From NCBI GenBank assembly GCA_002269645.1, contig NIVC01003398.1, positions 35,739 to 99,738 of the forward strand: DNA of 64,000 nt. The letters run 5' to 3'. The position numbers and the translations under genes are program-made. A model generated the notes under the pieces. The model worked only from the letters and a program-made list of their open reading frames with translations. It had not been told where the DNA came from and searched no databases. Positions 62,614 to 64,000 of this stretch are shown piece by piece. Origin of the DNA: Macrostomum lignano (taxonomy: Eukaryota). Numbering within the stretch: position 1 is the stretch's first letter; each line of letters starts with the position of its first letter.

Positions 62614-63124
62614 ATGAGGCTGGGCTGCCTGCAGTGCCTAGAAGAACACTTTGTAAAACTCAAGAACTCACTCAGCGAACTACAGTAGGCATGATAAGCA
62701 TGTAAAATTTGCTCTCAACCCCAACCACTTTTGAACTCGTGATTATCCAGCAAACTGTCCAGCGAGTTGACTGAAATCCGTCGCGAACTGCAAGCGCTGC
62801 GGCGGCTCACGACGAAAATTGAAAAGTATTGACGGCTACAGTCGCGAGCTCGATTCCATGCAACGGAGCGGCTGGCTCACGTGCAGCAGCTGCGGAGTCT
62901 GCATGCCAGCATCAGCTCGGTGAGGCTTTGGGCAGTGTCCGTGATGCCTGAGCAGTGTTCATGCTGACTGATGCCTGAGCAGTGTCCATGTTGACTGATG
63001 CCTGAGCAGTGTCTATGCTGACTGACTGTCTAACTGTCTGCCTGTCTGTCTGTGTGTCTTAGTGCTTGTCTAGTGTTGTCTTAGTGTCTGTCTTAGTGTC
63101 TGTCTTGTGTCTGTTATCTGTCAG

Positions 63125-63163
<39 letters not shown>

Positions 63164-63341
63164 GTGTCTCTCTGTCTGTCTGTCTGCCTGTCTGTCTGTG
63201 TGTCTTAGTGCTTGTCTTAGTGTCTGTCTTAGTGTCTGTCTTAGTGTCTGTCTTAGTGTCTGTCTTAGTGTCTGTCTTAGTGTCTGTCTTAGTGTCTGTC
63301 TTGTGTCTGTCTATCTGTCTTGTGTCTGTCTATCTGTCTTG

Positions 63342-63378
<37 letters not shown>

Positions 63379-63448
63379 TCTGTCTCTGTGTCTGTCTGTC
63401 TGTCTTGTGTGTCTGTCTGTCTGTCTGTTCTGTCTGTCTGTCTTAGTG

Positions 63449-63487
<39 letters not shown>

Positions 63488-63758
63488 TTCGTCTGTCTGA
63501 CTGACTGAGCAACCGCGCACAGCACTCGCCACCGCAGGCCGAGCACAGCCTGAAGCGGGCTGACAGTCGCGGCAGCGCGAGATCGCAAGGGCACGCAGTC
63601 TGGCCGACCGCTACGACGGCTGCTTGGCCGGCTGAATCGGTTGCGCCTGCTGAGCAGTCTGGAGCGCTGCCGATGCTGCGGAGTCGCCAGCAGCCACCAG
63701 CCGACTGCGAGATTGTGTCGCCGCATCGGCAGTCTCGTTTCCGGATCTCATCAGCTGA
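62614..63758 (+). pseudogene. ZC4H2: ZC4H2 homolog, exons 62614-62684, 62751-62919, 63538-~63758, with several frameshifts (pseudogene or assembly error); zinc-finger exon not seen in window
   Basis: EEHFVKLKNSLSEL|, GYSRELDSMQR-ERLAHVQQLRSLHASISS| and AEHSLKRADS..LADRY..LNRLR..LER-LPML align to remembered human EQEIMCKLESIKEIR|, [29 protein letters not shown]| and MENTIKQSEN..LHDEY..VDALR..LQRLPDL; intron phases 2 and 0 match; frame must be shifted several times. Confidence 0.8.
62936..63505. repeat. Compound repeat in ZC4H2 intron 2: 29-bp x3, (TCTG)n, (TCTTAGTGTCTG)n, (CCTG)n
   Basis: Visible periodicity. Confidence 0.92.
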
Positions 63759-64000
63759 GTTTGAGTCTGGAGGGATTTTAAAGCCGGGGAATAAACGTTT
63801 CTTACTGTCGAATTAATCAAGTTGTGAACTAGCGAAGTGACTAAGCAAGAAGTTTTCTACGATGTGAAGTTTCAAGCTGTGTGGAGGTTGTAAACGCCTC
63901 CCTTTAACTCACTAGAAAAGCAACTAAAATTTTTTACCTTTGATCGTATTTTAACATTTTAACTTTTGTTGGGCTGAATGCAAATTAGTGAAGTTCGTTG

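Noticed and set aside
62830-62832. In-frame TGA in a coiled-coil exon as possible selenocysteine or readthrough
   Set aside because: The +1 frame across this site (GYSRELDSMQR) is the one matching ZC4H2, so frameshifts explain the stop; no SECIS evidence

Overview
Eukaryotic (animal) genomic DNA, not prokaryotic. The GC3-rich exons embedded in very dense intronic mini- and microsatellites are most consistent with a flatworm such as Macrostomum (inference, not verified). Three spliced genes were reconstructed by hand from splice sites and phases. (1) A giant polycystin-1 (PKD1-family) gene on +, 5'-incomplete, with 29 phase-consistent exons from 571 to the stop at 38290 (12,090 nt, about 4,029 aa): PKD repeats, REJ, GAIN/GPS, TM1, PLAT and a TRPP-type channel domain. 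It has a non-canonical GPS (H-T-T instead of H-L-T), a 165-aa 8-Cys insertion in GAIN and an L-N-K-F pore loop. (2) A compact 3-exon PAAT/C10orf88 homolog on - (57378 to 47040, 277 aa). (3) A ZC4H2 homolog on + (62614 to about 63758) with human-like intron phases but several single-base frameshifts, so either a dead copy or local assembly error. Most of the larger PKD1 introns carry their own private tandem repeat, the largest a ~7 kb 23-bp satellite inside the PLAT domain. Also present: a 768-bp Harbinger derivative with a Myb/SANT remnant, a foldback MITE, two tRNA-derived SINEs (one CORE-like), a Tc1 remnant and a telomere-like tract. Most long ORFs in the supplied track are repeat artefacts. 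All family assignments come from remembered motifs; no searches were run.
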